A program made the translations under genes and the position numbers. Below are positions 39,469 to 52,345 of a stretch of DNA of 64,000 bases, piece after piece; position 1 is the first letter of the stretch; every line of letters starts with the position of its first letter. The notes under the pieces are model-generated. The model did no database searches. It was not told where the DNA came from and was given only the letters and a program-made list of their open reading frames with translations. Origin of the DNA: Carcharhinus amblyrhynchos (Eukaryota); assembly GCA_965287045.1 (NCBI GenBank), contig OZ336891.1:30566001-30630000 (forward strand), given 5' to 3'.

Positions 39469-40818
39469 ATCTTTTGAATTTGTCCAATCAGATTTTTGTC
39501 CCTGTCTCAGCACTTAAAGACCCCTAATCAAAGCCATGAATGATATCTACCATGACTAAGGTGTTAAATCCCTCCTCTTCCTTCTCCACATCTCTGCAGC
39601 CTTTCAGATGGTCAATCTCACCATCATCCTCCAGTGATTCTCTTCCATTGTCCACTTCATTGTCCTCACTTGATTCTTATAGATAATACTCCATGGTGAA
39701 AACTGAAACCATCATCTCTGGCCACCTCCATATCCTAGCCATTGATTCCAAGCCTTCGCAACTTCTCCTTTGGCTCAGTATTATTTGTTGTCTGACTGCA
39801 TTTCTGTGAATTACCTTAGGGTGTCTTTCTTCATTAAATAGACCATTAGCAATTAATTAGGAATTAAGTAAATTAGTAATTATTTAAGCCAATTTTTGTC
39901 GTAACGTTCCTTCACAGTGAGAATCCACTTTTATACATGATTTGTAAAAATGCCGAAATTTACATCAGGTTCTGATGACAGGGTAATTACTCCACATTGA
40001 TGTAAAGCTGTCACACAACTGATTACCATTTGATGTATGTGAAAAATATATCAATTTTGATACTGGCAAAATGAAAACACTGCTGCTTTTAGAATACCTT
40101 AATGTATATCAACATCATGGGACCATGATGTCTAACAGTTCCCTTTGTCAAAGTACATGTCAATACATTAAATACACCAAGTATGGGAGAACTGTTTACT
40201 TCCTGCCTCATGATTTGAAAGAAAATGACTGATATACTAACACAATCTAATCATATAATTCCAGCCTGTTAACTGAATGCTAGGCATTTTAAATAATTTG
40301 GTTATCTGTGCTGACTGTTGGTTTTGCATTTTCAAGCAGTTGAGTGGCATGAAAACATTTCCTTTCACCTTCCTTAATAGCTCAGCTAACTAGTTCCCGG
40401 TTTGGGACTGGAGGACACAGTTTCCACCTTGACTATGCTGAGGTAGCTGATCTCAGGTGGGGCATAGGTGGCCTGTGACTTCTGGTCTAAGTGCTCTAAG
40501 GCTGAAAGGAAGGGGTGGGAGGGGGAGAGACGTGTGGAGTGAATTGTAAAGAATGAAAGAATAAAGATTACTATCCATCATGACTCAAAAAGTGTGCATG
40601 TAATGGCTTGAGAGTAGAATAGCATTGGGCTCAATACTGACACTCCCTCACTACTGAACAGCACTTGGGATCAGTATTCAGGCTAAGAAATTGGACCTGT
40701 GGGTACCAATGGAACCATAACAGAAGATAAATCACTAGCAAGAGAGGAAGCAGAAAATTGAAGAGAAGATGAAAACAAACAGAAGCATTTTGACCTTTTG
40801 TTTATCATTCCTATAATA

Positions 40819-41198
40819 TGATGTGGAGATGCTGGCATTGGACTGGGGTGATCACCTGATGAAGGTGATCAGAGTTGAGAACGAACTTCGTCACTCAAAG
40901 GGTGGTGAATCTCTGGAATTCTCTGCCTGTTGAAGTGGTGGAGACTACCTTGCTAAATATATTTAAGTCACGGGTAGATAGGTTTTTGATAGACAAGGGA
41001 ATTAAGGGTAATGGGGAGAAAGCGGGAAAGTGGAACTGATCCACTTCAGATTAGCCATGATCTTATTGAATGACGGGGCAGGCTCGAAGGGCTAGATGGC
41101 CTACTCCTGCTCCTATTTCTTATGTTCTTAAGGAGCAGTGCTCCTTCATTCCAAATAAACCTGTTGGACTTTAACCTGGTTTTGCAAGACTTCTTACT
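40819..41198. mobile_element. Mini PLE interrupted by a young CR1 3' fragment (~40870-41130, +)
   Basis: 12-bp TSD ATTCCTATAATA at 40807-40818 and 41199-41210; CR1 sits between CTGATGAAGG and AGCAGTGCTCC. Confidence 0.82.
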
Positions 41199-41289
41199 AT
41201 TCCTATAATAATTATTTTGCCTTTAAAATGCACCCTCAAACTTACTGAAATGGGAATGATAGATAGGCATGTTTCTTGCTTGAACTGCC

Positions 41290-41716
41290 CAAGCCTGCAA
41301 GAAACTACAAAAAGTCGTGAATGTAGCCCAGGCCCTCGAGCAAATCAGCCTCCCATCCATGACTCTGTCTACACTTCCCGCCGCCTCAGCAAAGTAGCCG
41401 GCATAATTAAGGACCCCACACACCCGGACATTCTCTCTTCCACCTTCTTTCTTCTGGAAAAAGATACAAAAGTCTGAGGTCACGTACCAACCCACTCAAG
41501 AACAGCTTCTTCCCTGGTGCTGCCAGACTTTTGAATGGGCTCACCTTGCATTAAGTTCATCTTTCTCTATACCCTAGCTATGACTATAACATTACATTCT
41601 GCACTCTCCCGTTTCCCTATCTATGAACGCTATGTTTTGTCTGTATAACGTGCAAGAAACAATACTTTTCATTATATGTTAATACATGTGACAATAATAA
41701 ATCAAATCAAATCAAA
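41290..41716 (+). mobile_element. Rex1/Babar-like LINE 3' end
   Basis: Homologous to 4105-4527; (CAAAT)n tail. Confidence 0.82.
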
Positions 41717-41780
41717 TATCTGATATGTTCACTGAATCCGCTTAGTTCAAACAATCAAATTCCACTTAAAAAGGAAACCA

Positions 41781-42100
41781 GAACTAGAGGGCACAGCCTC
41801 AAAATAAGAGGGGGGCAGTTTAGAACAGAGCTGAGGAGGAACTTCTTCTCTCAGAGGGTGGTGAATCTCTGGAATTCTCTGCCCATTGAAGTGGTGAAGG
41901 CTACCTTGCTGAATATATTTAAGTCACGGGTAGATTGATTTCTGATAGACAAGGGAATTAAGGGTTATGGGGGGCAGGCGGGAAAATGGAACTGATCCAC
42001 TTCAGATCCACTTCAGATCAGCCATGATCTTATTGAATGGCGGGGCAGGCTTGAAGGGCTAGATGGCCTACTCCTGCTCCTATTTCTTATGTTCTTATGT
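41781..42100 (+). mobile_element. Young CR1 3' end
   Basis: TRGHSLKIRGGQFRTELRRNFFSQRVVNLWNSLP; (TTCTTATG)n tail. Confidence 0.88.
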
Positions 42101-42529
42101 AATAGGGTTGACAACCATCAGAACATGTTGATATTGCTTGAACTATTATCTAGCGTTGCTATCTAAATTTGTTACTTAAAAAAAATTGAAAATGGTCATC
42201 AGATATTAAGGACATTTTTCAGGTGCACAAATAATCATATTTTGAAAATAAAAATCTAGATAAAGCCTTCTTACAAAATTACTTCAAACTGTGAAGGAAC
42301 TCAGTTCACTTTAACAGAAGTAACCAAAAGGGAACTATTACATTTACTATTAGGTATCTCAACCTTTTCATGAAAGGCTTATCAAAGATTTAAAGGACTC
42401 TTTCAATAACTGTTTGGGCTGATTGGAACCTTCATTTGTTCACTGAAATATTGACAATGATCCATCCGGATATCATCAAGTGAGGGCTTTGCCTTGGGAG
42501 CATGATCATTTCCACTACTTTTCCCATTC

Positions 42530-42830
42530 TGGGGATCTGGGTATGAATCCCGCCACGGCAGGTGGTGGAATACAAATTCAGTAAAAAAAATCTGGAATTA
42601 AGAATCTACTGATGCTAATGAAACACTGTCAATTTTTGGAAAAACCCGTCTCGTTCACTAATGTCCTTTAGGGAAGGAAATCTGCCATCCTTGGTCTTGG
42701 CCTACATGTGACCCCAGAGCCACAGCAATCTGGTTAACTCTCAATTGCCCTCCAAGATCAACTTGGGATGGGCAGTAAGTGGTGGCCAGCCAGTGATGCC
42801 CATATCCCACAAATGAATTAAAACAAAAAC
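42530..42830 (+). mobile_element. tRNA-headed SINE with GGGATGGGC tail
   Basis: Homologous to the 4846 and 27283 copies. Confidence 0.72.
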
Positions 42831-42967
42831 ATTTATGTCAGTGTGCTTGATGATCTTTTAGATTAATCACAAATCATCTCGTCCATTGCAGCCTATATGA
42901 ACTTTTCATCTGTGATCCAATCTAGGTATGTTGAGATTGACACTCTGTGCTAAAAGGAGATGTCACA

Positions 42968-43115
42968 GGGCAGAATTTTACAGCCCCATCACAATGGAGG
43001 TGTGGTGGTGGAGGGGTAGGTGGAAGCTGTAAAATGCAGCTAACTGTTCAAGATTCCACTGACTTTGGTGGAACCTGAAAATCTGTCCAGCGGAAGGAGC
43101 TGTAGGATTCCGCCC
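42968..43115. mobile_element. Harbinger-type MITE
   Basis: TIRs GGGCAGAATTTTACAGC / GCTGTAGGATTCCGCCC; 3-bp TSD ACA. Confidence 0.75.
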
Positions 43116-43643
43116 ACAATGTCAAATCTTCCTTTTATCTGAGTGGAAAATACCACAAGTTTTTCCTGTAATTATGTTCTTACACAAAAATAAGTTACAC
43201 CTGAATGTTTGCAGGCAGTCTTTTAATTGAAATCATAAATCATCACATTAAAGCATAAATTTTTATACCTGTCACTTTCTATAGAAGATAAAATTACATA
43301 CTTGAAGATATCTTTTTTTGTTTGATATATTGTTCATTTTATGGGATAGCATTATTCGATTTTGTACTGGCTGTTAAACTGGTATCGACTGTCAGCATCA
43401 CTGACTTGTGACAATGTTCACTTTTAAAGTAAATCAGAGAATGTCTCTGTTAATATAATAGATTAAGGGGTTAAATATAAAAAATTTGAAATATGAAAAG
43501 CTTCCCACAGTGTAACTACATGTTTATCAAGTTGAAACTGAATGTAATATTCAAGGAATAACTAATGGAGAATTCTTTTATACAGAATTTATTCCAGGAG
43601 TGAGGTAGGACCTATTGATTCTTGAACTACTTAGTTCAGTTTA

Positions 43644-43850
43644 AGTTTATTTATTAGTGTCACAAATAGGCTTATATTAACACTGATGAAGTTACTGTGA
43701 AAATCTCCTAGTCACCACACTCCAGCGCCTGTTCGGCCACACTGAGGGAGAATATAGCATAGCTAATGCACATAATCAGCATGTCTTTTGGCCTGTGGGA
43801 GGAAACCGGAGCACCCGGAGGAAACCCATGCAGTCGCGGGGAGAACATGC
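43644..43850 (-). mobile_element. Truncated HE1-like SINE, type B
   Basis: Type B tail plus V-domain. Confidence 0.82.
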
Positions 43851-44336
43851 TGCCCCTATAGCTCTGTAGAATGTCAGAAATTTGATTTCAAGAAATATTC
43901 AATAGCCCTGGATAAGAATCCGTAAAGTGGGATTGTATCACAGTTCACTTTATTTAGTCCATATGTGTGTTTATACTTAAAAAAGCATAAAAATGAGCTT
44001 GAAATATGCCTTTTATGTGAGTTATATTTATTCCTCCTCCTAATTTTGTAATAATCATCCTGAAAGTCCTCTCAGTGAGGATGAATAGTGGAATTTATGA
44101 AGTCGGCTTGGCTTCTGTAGGATGTAATGTATGAGCTATAGCACTAGGTTGAGATTTAAGCTTTTTGATTTTGCGTCAAGAAGCTATTAAATGATTCTTG
44201 AAATCAAATTTCTGTCATCTTGTAGAGTTAAGCAGAGTTATTGCTTTATTTCTACTCAGCAAAGGAATATTGGCGTAATTCATACTGAGGATTAATGATG
44301 AAATGCATGTATGACCAGGAACGAAACCATACTCAC

Positions 44337-44408
44337 AATACTCGTAGATTTGGGAGTTGTTGGCAGAGACCCCTGGGAAGTGAGGTTATTCCAGCTCGAG
44401 TTAGGGTC
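44337..44408 (-). CDS. LGR6: LGR6 exon 11 (LRR), 72 bp
   Basis: gacag|G ACC CTA ACT...GTA TT|gtgag; TLTRAGITSLPRGLCQQLPNLRVL. Confidence 0.94.
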
Positions 44409-44623
44409 CTGTCCAGAAGCAGAAAATTTATGCCATTATTTGGAGTTAGGCATGCGAGAAGTTCCTCAGTACATGACCTTTATTTTTACTGACAGAACTG
44501 ACAATGTAATGGATAATTTGTGATGAATGAATGCCATCAAAAGAAAAGAGCAATAATTGCAGCAAAATGGTGCCTGCTGTTCATTCAGGATCTAAGTTTG
44601 ATAAACATAAATTTGCTACCCAC

Positions 44624-44692
44624 AGTATTTCCAGGCTAGTTGTTCCTTTCAGGTCCGGGAATTCCTTTATTTCAGTTGCTCCATTTAGTGAC
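44624..44692 (-). CDS. LGR6: LGR6 exon 10 (LRR), 69 bp
   Basis: tccag|G TCA CTA AAT...ATA CT|gtggg; SLNGATEIKEFPDLKGTTSLEIL. Confidence 0.94.
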
Positions 44693-45179
44693 CTGGAATT
44701 GACAGCAAAAATCCATTACTTTCTTCATGCATTACTTAGAAGTGGAATAAAATACCTGACATAACATTATAGTTTGTAATTATTGTGCCATAATATTTTA
44801 AAAAATTAACTATACTATCCTTTATGAGTGTGCGTGTAAGCTTCATTTATTTTCCCAATTGTAATTGCTTCGCACATGACATGCTATCAATTTAATTCTT
44901 GCAAAATTGATTCTTGCAGTTCACAATTTAAACATTTTCTCTTTCCTATTTCCTAATTTGGTTTTCTTCATGGGCCATTTGCTCTCTTGGTTTAACGAAC
45001 ATCTTGTACCCTATTTATACTGTGTTAGCAGTGTTTCAAATTCACATCATTTATACTCCAGCCTGAATTCAGGAGCCAGAAGTTGCTTTGTATACAACCG
45101 CATGCAGACAGAAGATTGGCTAGAAACTTTCTAGCAATTGGCCTTCCCACGTTCTGGGAGAAAATTTATACATGAAACA

Positions 45180-45905
45180 AGGTTTCATCTGTCATTTCAG
45201 ATGAAAGTAAAAGATTCTTGGCACCATTTAAACATAGAAACTAGAAAATGGGATCAAGAGGAGGCCATTCAGCCCTTTGAGCCTCTTCTGCCATTCATTA
45301 TGATCATGGCTGATCATCCAACTCAATACCTGCTCCTGCATTGCTCCCATATCCTTTCATCCCCTTTGCCTCAAGTGCTAACGCTAATTGCTTCTTGAAA
45401 GTATTCCATGTTTAGCCTCAGCTACTTCCTGTGATAGCAAATTCCATAGGTAGACCACTGTCTGGATGAAGGAAGTTCTCCTCATCCCTGTCCGAAACCA
45501 TCTACTCTGTATCCTCAAATTGTGATTCCTGGTTCTGGACACCCCCGCCATCAGGAACATCTTCCTTGCATCTACCCTGTCTAGTCCTGTTAGAATTTCA
45601 TATGTTTCTATGAGATAACGCCTCATCCTACTGAACACCAGCGAATACCATTCTAACTGACTCAATATTTGAAGAAGAGCAAGAGAATTCTCCCAGTGTT
45701 CTACTCAACATTTAGCCCTCAACCAACATATTTAAAACAGATTGTTGAGTCATTTATTTCATTGCTGTTTAGGGGATGATGTGCAATTTGATTCCCACAC
45801 TTCCTGGGCATTACAAAAGTAACTCCAATTCTAAAGTACTCCACAAATTGTTTTGGAATATTCTAAAGTCAAGCAAAATGCTATGTGAATGTCAGCTCTT
45901 CCTTC
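45180..45905 (+). mobile_element. Ancient DeuSINE-like element split by a minus-strand CR1 3' end (45231-45665)
   Basis: GAAGAAGAGCAAGAGAATTCTCCCAGTG...CCCTCAACCAACA...CATTGCTGTTT resembles the Deu domain; ORF 45384-45665 is CR1-like. Confidence 0.65.
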
Positions 45906-46401
45906 TCCCTTTTTTTGTACAGGTGAATCGAGTGAGAATTTCCACTGGTTGTTACCTTAATATTGTGGCATTGAATCTGAAGACGGAGCGTTTTAAAAAA
46001 GTGTTATCAACTGAGCATAACGTTATTTAACAATTTAACAGTGCATATGCCATTCATTTGTTTTATATTGCAGCTTTATAAACTTTGCATCAAAATATTT
46101 CAAAAGTACAATCAGCCAGACCAGTTTAACTAATTCAAGGGCTTTGCAATAAGTTTGTGCATAATAATAGGTAACAAGCAATTCAATAGCATTTGTAGTC
46201 TCGAATACACTTTTTATCAAAATCATGAAAACTACAGACTTATGTCCACTACAAATTAAACTTAGTAAATGCCTCAGAGCTTTAAGAGTCATTTTCAAGA
46301 TTATTCTTTAATGCTTCACTTATTTCTGGAACCATTCTCCACCATATATGAATCTATGGTTAGAACTACAAAACTGTTATACTGTGGAATTCTCTACAAT
46401 C

Positions 46402-47770
46402 AAAGAACAAAGAACAGTGCAGCATAGGAACAGGCTCTTTGGCCCAACAAGTCTGTACTGACACATGACACCTTTCTAAACTAAAAACTTTTTGCCTCTA
46501 TGCAGTCCGTATCCCTTTATCTGCTGCCTATTCATGTATGTCAAGACACCTCTTAAATATTACTATTGTATCTGCTTCTACCACTTTCTCTGGCAGTGCA
46601 TTCCAGGAACTTATCATCAAACTTGACTCTCACATCTCCTTCAAACTTTCCCCTTTTACCTTCAACCAATGTCCCCTAGTAATTGACATGTCTACCCAGG
46701 GGAAAAGATTCCGATTATCCATTCTTTTCATGCCTCTCATAGTTTTAGAAACTTCTATCAGGTCACCCTTCAGCCTCCCATGTTCAAGTGAAAAAAAAAC
46801 ATGTTTGACCCATCTCTCCTCAAAGCTAATATCCTCCATACCAGGCAACATTCTGGTAAACCTCTTCAGTACCCTTTCCAAAGCCTCCACAAGCAATTCA
46901 ACAAAGATCCTTGAACAGCACCTTCCAAACCCATGACCACTTCTATCTAGAAGGACAAGGGCAGCAGTTACATGGGAACATCACCGCCTGTAAATCCCTT
47001 CCAAGCCACTCACCATCCTGACTTGGAAATATATCACCATTCCTTTGCAGTTGCTGGGTCAAAATGCAGCAATTCAAGAAGGAGCTCACTACCACATTCT
47101 CAAGCACAACTAGGGATGGGCATCAAATGCTGGCCAGCCAGCAATGCCCATGTCCCACGAATGAATAAAAAAAAATCCTTCTGGTAGTATGGCGACCAGA
47201 ATTGTACACAGTATTCCAAATGTGGCCTAACTAAAGTTCTATACAGCTGCAACATGACTTGCTAATTTTTATACTCTATGCCCTGGCTGATGAAGGAAAG
47301 CATGCCATATGCCTTCATGACCACCTTATCCACTTGCATTGCCATTTTCAGGGAACTGTGGACCTGTAAGCCTAGATCCTGTTGTATGTTAATGCTTCTA
47401 AGGGCTTTGCCATTTACTGTATACTTCCCTCCTGCATTAGATCTTTCAAAATGCATCACCTTTCATTTGTCCAGATTAAATTCTATCTGCCACTTCTCTA
47501 ACCTATTTATATCCTGAGTTATCCTCTGGTAATCTTGCTTGCTATTCACAGCTCCCCAAATCTTTCTGCAGTTCACAAACTTACTATTGACACCACCTAT
47601 ATACTCAGCCAAATCATTTACATGTATTACAAACAACAGGGGTCCCAGTATTGATCCCTGATGATCATAGATCTCCAGTCAGAAAGGCATCCTTCCACCG
47701 CTACTCTCTGTCTTCTATGATCAAGCCAGTTCTGTGTCCATGTTACCAGCTCACCGCAGATCCCAATGTA
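46402..47770 (-). mobile_element. CR1 RT/3' end interrupted by a different LINE 3' end (46893-47176, +)
   Basis: ORFs ALERVLKRFTRMLPGME and QDLGLQVHSSLK; the insert ends in GGGATGGGCATCAAATGCTGGCC...GAATAAAAAAAA. Confidence 0.82.
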
Positions 47771-47813
47771 ACTTTAATATCAATGTCATTATGTGACTGG
47801 CTACATTCTGACA

Positions 47814-49408
47814 TGATGTAGAGATGCCTGCGTTGGACTGGGGTAAGCACAGTAAGAAGTCTCACAACACCAGGTTAAAGTCCAGGGGTCGGTGCTGGGG
47901 CCTCAGCTATTTACCATTTATATAGATGATCTGGAGGAGGGAACCGAGTGTATGGTGTCGAAATTTGCTGATGACACCAAGATTGGGGGAACGGCAAATT
48001 GTGCGAAGGGTGTGGAGAGTCTGCAGAAGGATCTAGCTAAGCTGGGCGAATGGGCCAGGAACTGGCAAATGGAATTTAATGTTGGCAAGTGCGAGGTGGT
48101 CCACTTTGGTAGCAATAATGGTAGGAAGGATTATTACGGGGCGAAAAACTGCAGCAGGCGACGGTGCAGAGGGACCTCGGGGTCCTTGTGCATGAGTCGC
48201 AAAAACCCAGCTTGCAGGTGCAGCAGGTGGTCAGGAAGGCAAATGGGATGCTGGCCTTCATAGCGAGGGGGATTGAATATAAAAGTAGGGAGGTCTTGCT
48301 GCGGCTGTATAGGGCATTGGTGAGGCCGCAGCTGGAGTACTGTGTGCAGTTTTGGGCGCCGTACTTACGCAAGGATATTTTGGCCTTGGAGGGAGTGCAG
48401 AGGAGGTTTACTAGGCTGATGCTGGAGTTGAGGGGGTTGAGCTATGAGGAGAGGCTGAATAAACTAGGCTTGTACTCGTTAGAGTTTAGAAGAATGAGGG
48501 GAGATCTCATTGAGACGTATAAGATGATGAATGGGATGGATAGGATAGAGGTGGAGAGACTCTTCCCGCTCAGAAAGGACAGTAGGACTAGGGGGCACAG
48601 CCTCAAGATAAAGGGGGGGCGGTTTAGAACGGAGTTGAGGAAGAACTTCTTCACTCAAAGGGTGGTGAATCTCTGGAATTCTCTGCCCGTTGAAGTGGTG
48701 GAGGCTGCCTCGTTAAATATTTTTAAGACGCGGGTTGATGGGTTTTTGATAAGAGAGGGGATTAAAGGTTATGGGGAGAGGGCGGGAATGTGGAACTGAG
48801 CCACGACAGATCAGCCATGATCTTATTGAATGGCGGGGCAGGCTCAAAGGGCGAGATGGCCTACTCCTGCTCCTATTTCTTATGCTCTTAGGTTTATTTG
48901 GTAACATACGCCACAAGCTTTCGGAGCACTGCCCCTTCATCAGATGAGTGGGAGTTCTGTTCACAAACAGGGCATATATAGATACAAACTCAATTTACAA
49001 GATAATGCTTGGAATCTGAGTCTTTACAGATAATCAAGTCTTAACGGTACAGACAATGTGAGTGGAAAGAGGGTTAAGCATAGGTTAAAGAGCTAGGACA
49101 GTTAGTGAGATTTTGCAAGCCCAGGCAAGTTGTGGGGGTTACAGATAGTGTGACATGAACCCAAGATCCCGGTTGAGGCCATCCTCATGTGTGCAAACTT
49201 GGCTATCAGTTTTTGCTCAGCGATTCTGCATTGTGTGTCGTGAAGGCCGTCTTGGAGAACATTTACCTGAAGATCAGAGGCTGAATGCCCATGGGGCACA
49301 TGAACTCCCACTCATCTAATGAAAGGGCAGTGCTCCGAAAGCTTGAGCCTTGTGCTACCAAATAAACCTGTTGGACTTTAACCTTGGGTTGTGAGACTTA
49401 TTATTGTG
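47814..49408 (-). mobile_element. Penelope-like element (GIY-YIG C-terminus, pLTR, inverted partial pLTR) split by a CR1
   Basis: GHSASDLQVNVLQDGLHDTQCRIAEQKLIAKF; hammerhead motif 48911-48948 (-); near-TSD CATTCTGACA (47804-47813) / CATACTGACA (49409-49418). Confidence 0.82.
47885..48890 (+). mobile_element. Young 5'-truncated CR1 LINE (RT with one frameshift near 48136)
   Basis: QGSVLGPQLFTIYIDDL...KFADDTK...[11 protein letters not shown]; CpGs retained; CR1 tail. Confidence 0.93.
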
Positions 49409-49721
49409 CATACTGACAGAACAGGACATACAATGTAAATGTACTGAGACAAAGGGTGAGATTTTAACTCATTCAAAACCCAACCACTTACACAAGAGCT
49501 AAAACTGAGCCCAGTGAACCAGTTTTTCTTTCCTCTGAGGTTGTCTTCAGAGTGCATCATTCCCCAGTCATGGACTGACAAAACTAAACTCAACAGTTTC
49601 CAGCGGCAAACACGCCTAAGACTCAAACCTTCAGCTTGGGAGTCAAGCACTCGATTATTTAAGCTACTGGGTCAGCTTTTAGAGCTTTTGAAATTGAGCA
49701 CGTGGCTCCGCGCATACTTAC

Positions 49722-49793
49722 AAGGTGTGAAGCTTTGGCAGGAACTGAAAGGCAGATTTCCCCACAAACTGGATCGGATTATCATAAAAATGA
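49722..49793 (-). CDS. LGR6: LGR6 exon 9 (LRR), 72 bp
   Basis: tccag|T CAT TTT TAT...ACC TT|gtaag; [24 protein letters not shown]. Confidence 0.95.
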
Positions 49794-50859
49794 CTGGAAA
49801 GGAAGTAAATTGTTTAGATAAGTTTTCATACGACATCCATCAATGTCAGAGCTCACATCTGCTTTGCCGATGTGAACAGAGTGTAGAATCAGTTTAAATA
49901 ACAAAACGTACAAAAGTTGCCTGCAGAATTAACTAAAAGCAGCCAGACAATCGGACGTGAACCCAGATGTTTTATTTGTGGCTGCTTGAGCAGATGACGG
50001 GGGAGGGTTTTCTCTAATTAATAATAACAGTTGTGAATAAGTGTAGGAAACACACTGGATGGCAACAATATGCCAGTGATTAGCTAACAATCTGTTTGGT
50101 CCCTGGTAGCAGAGTGAGGACATGTTCAAATTTCAGGATACAGGGATAATATAATTAAAGAGTTAACTAAGAAAGGCACTTGATCCACCCAGAGTGGCTG
50201 AATAGTTTATGTGTATTATACCTAATTGAATATATTTATATTAAATAACTAACCAAATAGCATTGTCACTCACATAAGAGGATAATTGTTAGGTGTGAAA
50301 CCCTGTTTCTGCCAAGAAAAATAAATAAAAGGCATTTCTTGGAAGTGTGTAGTTAAGTCCACACCTGCATTCTTACTATTGCAAATATTAATCTGTTAAT
50401 TGTTGATCCAGCTACTCACCTTTCATCTAAGTAACAGCTTCTAAGGACCAAAAGCGGTTTCAAGTATTCACAAAATAAACATATTCCCCAGTTAGATTAC
50501 CTCGTGGAACTAAAGTATACTCTTGTATATTTATGTTTGCATTTAAAAAGAATGGTAAAGAGTAAGAGTTTTTTTTTGCCAAAATGTTCAATTCATCCTC
50601 TGATGAAACTCTCCATTCCAGATTAGCTCTCATGCTGGTTTAACTTTGAAACTCCTAAGTAAATGCAGCTATTCAGGGCTTGGGTACTGTTTGATGTCAA
50701 TGGTGTCAGTGGAATATCTCAGGAGACAAATAAGCTTAAATAATGGAGCATAACTTTTTTTTGTATTATTTTTATATCAATCTTCTCCACTTTAATTCTT
50801 TACTACGAGCCTTTTCTTAAAGGGTTAAAGTTCCAATTACACCAACTGTCACACCAACT

Positions 50860-51060
50860 GGATACCAAAAGAATGTCCCTACTCTTTGAATCAGGTCTTT
50901 AGAAATTTAACCATCCTTGAACCACTGGGATGGGAAGGCAGGACATTATTTTATACCTGACTTAAAGGATCACACCTTCAATAGTCCAGAACTCCCTCAC
51001 AGCCTGCCTCAAATTATCTGATGCTAGGATTGAACTCACAGCCTTTTGATTTCCAAGAAA
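50860..51060 (+). repeat. 201-bp direct repeat of 52534-52734
   Basis: Base-by-base comparison shows 3 substitutions. Confidence 0.93.
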
Positions 51061-51447
51061 TCTGACGCAGATAATAATTGTTCAGATATGAATCTGAACA
51101 ATGAGTGTTAATCAGCTGCTTGGCAATAGTGACCATCACCGAATCGTGACCTCACTTAATGACTATCCACAACCATTTCCACAGGTTACCGGATCAGTGA
51201 TCTGGAGTGGGAACCTGTCCAGTTTTTAACTTTTGAAACTGGATATAGGTGTTGCATCCTCGAGCCAACGCCCCAGGTGAAATCAGCTACCTTACCACAC
51301 AGTGGGGACTGAAGTGTATAGTCTATTACTTCACTGAATAAATGTTTGGAATCATTGAATTAAAAAAAATTTAGATATTTTTATAATTTCACTTCGCATT
51401 TTGAACACTTTACTTTCCCTTAAATTTTTGCATTGTTATGAAATCTG

Positions 51448-51925
51448 GATGGCACTGTGGCACAGTGGTTAGCACTGCTGCCTCACAGCGCCAGAGACTG
51501 GGGTTCAATTCTGGCCTCGGATGACTGTTTGTGTGGTTTGCACATTCTCCCTGTGTCTGCATGGATTTCCTCTGGGTGCTCCGGTGTCCACCCACATACC
51601 AAAGATGTACGGGTTAGGTTGATTGGTCATGTTAAATTGCCCCTTAGTATCAGAGAGATGAGCAGGGTAAACACATGGGATTATGTGGATAGGGCCTGGA
51701 TGAGATTGTTGTCAGCGCAGGCACAATGAAGTCACACTTTTTTTTGTGTCTGCGTGGGTTTCCTCCGTTTACATCCCATAGTCTGAAAAACGTGCTGGTT
51801 AGGTGCATTGGCCATGCTAAATTCTCCCTCAGTGTATCTGAACAGATGTTGGAGTGTGGTGACTAGGCATTTTCACAGTAACTTCATTGCACTGTTAATA
51901 CTTGTGACAACAGTATATAAACTCT
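51448..51925 (+). mobile_element. HE1-like SINE type A followed by a type B 3' fragment
   Basis: Head at 51448; a second V-domain plus type B tail from ~51745. Confidence 0.82.
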
Positions 51926-52117
51926 AATATATTGTTTGCCATACTGAAATATATTGAATACTGGCAGCAATATTAGAGGCAGATAAATTTTGTCCGTAAA
52001 CAGTCACAATCAAGATTCAATTTCATTGTTTAGCATCTTCAGTGATATGACACACATAGACAGACTGAAATAGAATGGGTAACAATGAATGTATGAGATG
52101 GTAGCAATTAAACTTAC

Positions 52118-52189
52118 ATTGTCTGAAGCAAGGGATTTCCAACAAAAGCCCTTTCTGGGATAGCTTTGATATTGTTGTTATGGAAGCCC
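52118..52189 (-). CDS. LGR6: LGR6 exon 8 (LRR), 72 bp
   Basis: tacag|G GGC TTC CAT...ACA AT|gtaag; [24 protein letters not shown]. Confidence 0.95.
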
Positions 52190-52345
52190 CTGTAGTATAC
52201 ATCAGAAATACATCTGATTAGTGAAGCAATCAAGGTCAAAGTGAAAGTTTTTACATCACATTCCAATTATTGTTCTCCCTTTAAAAGGGACTTCTTAACT
52301 ATTGATATATATTATCCCAAGAGAGTTCAAATCATTTTCCATTCA

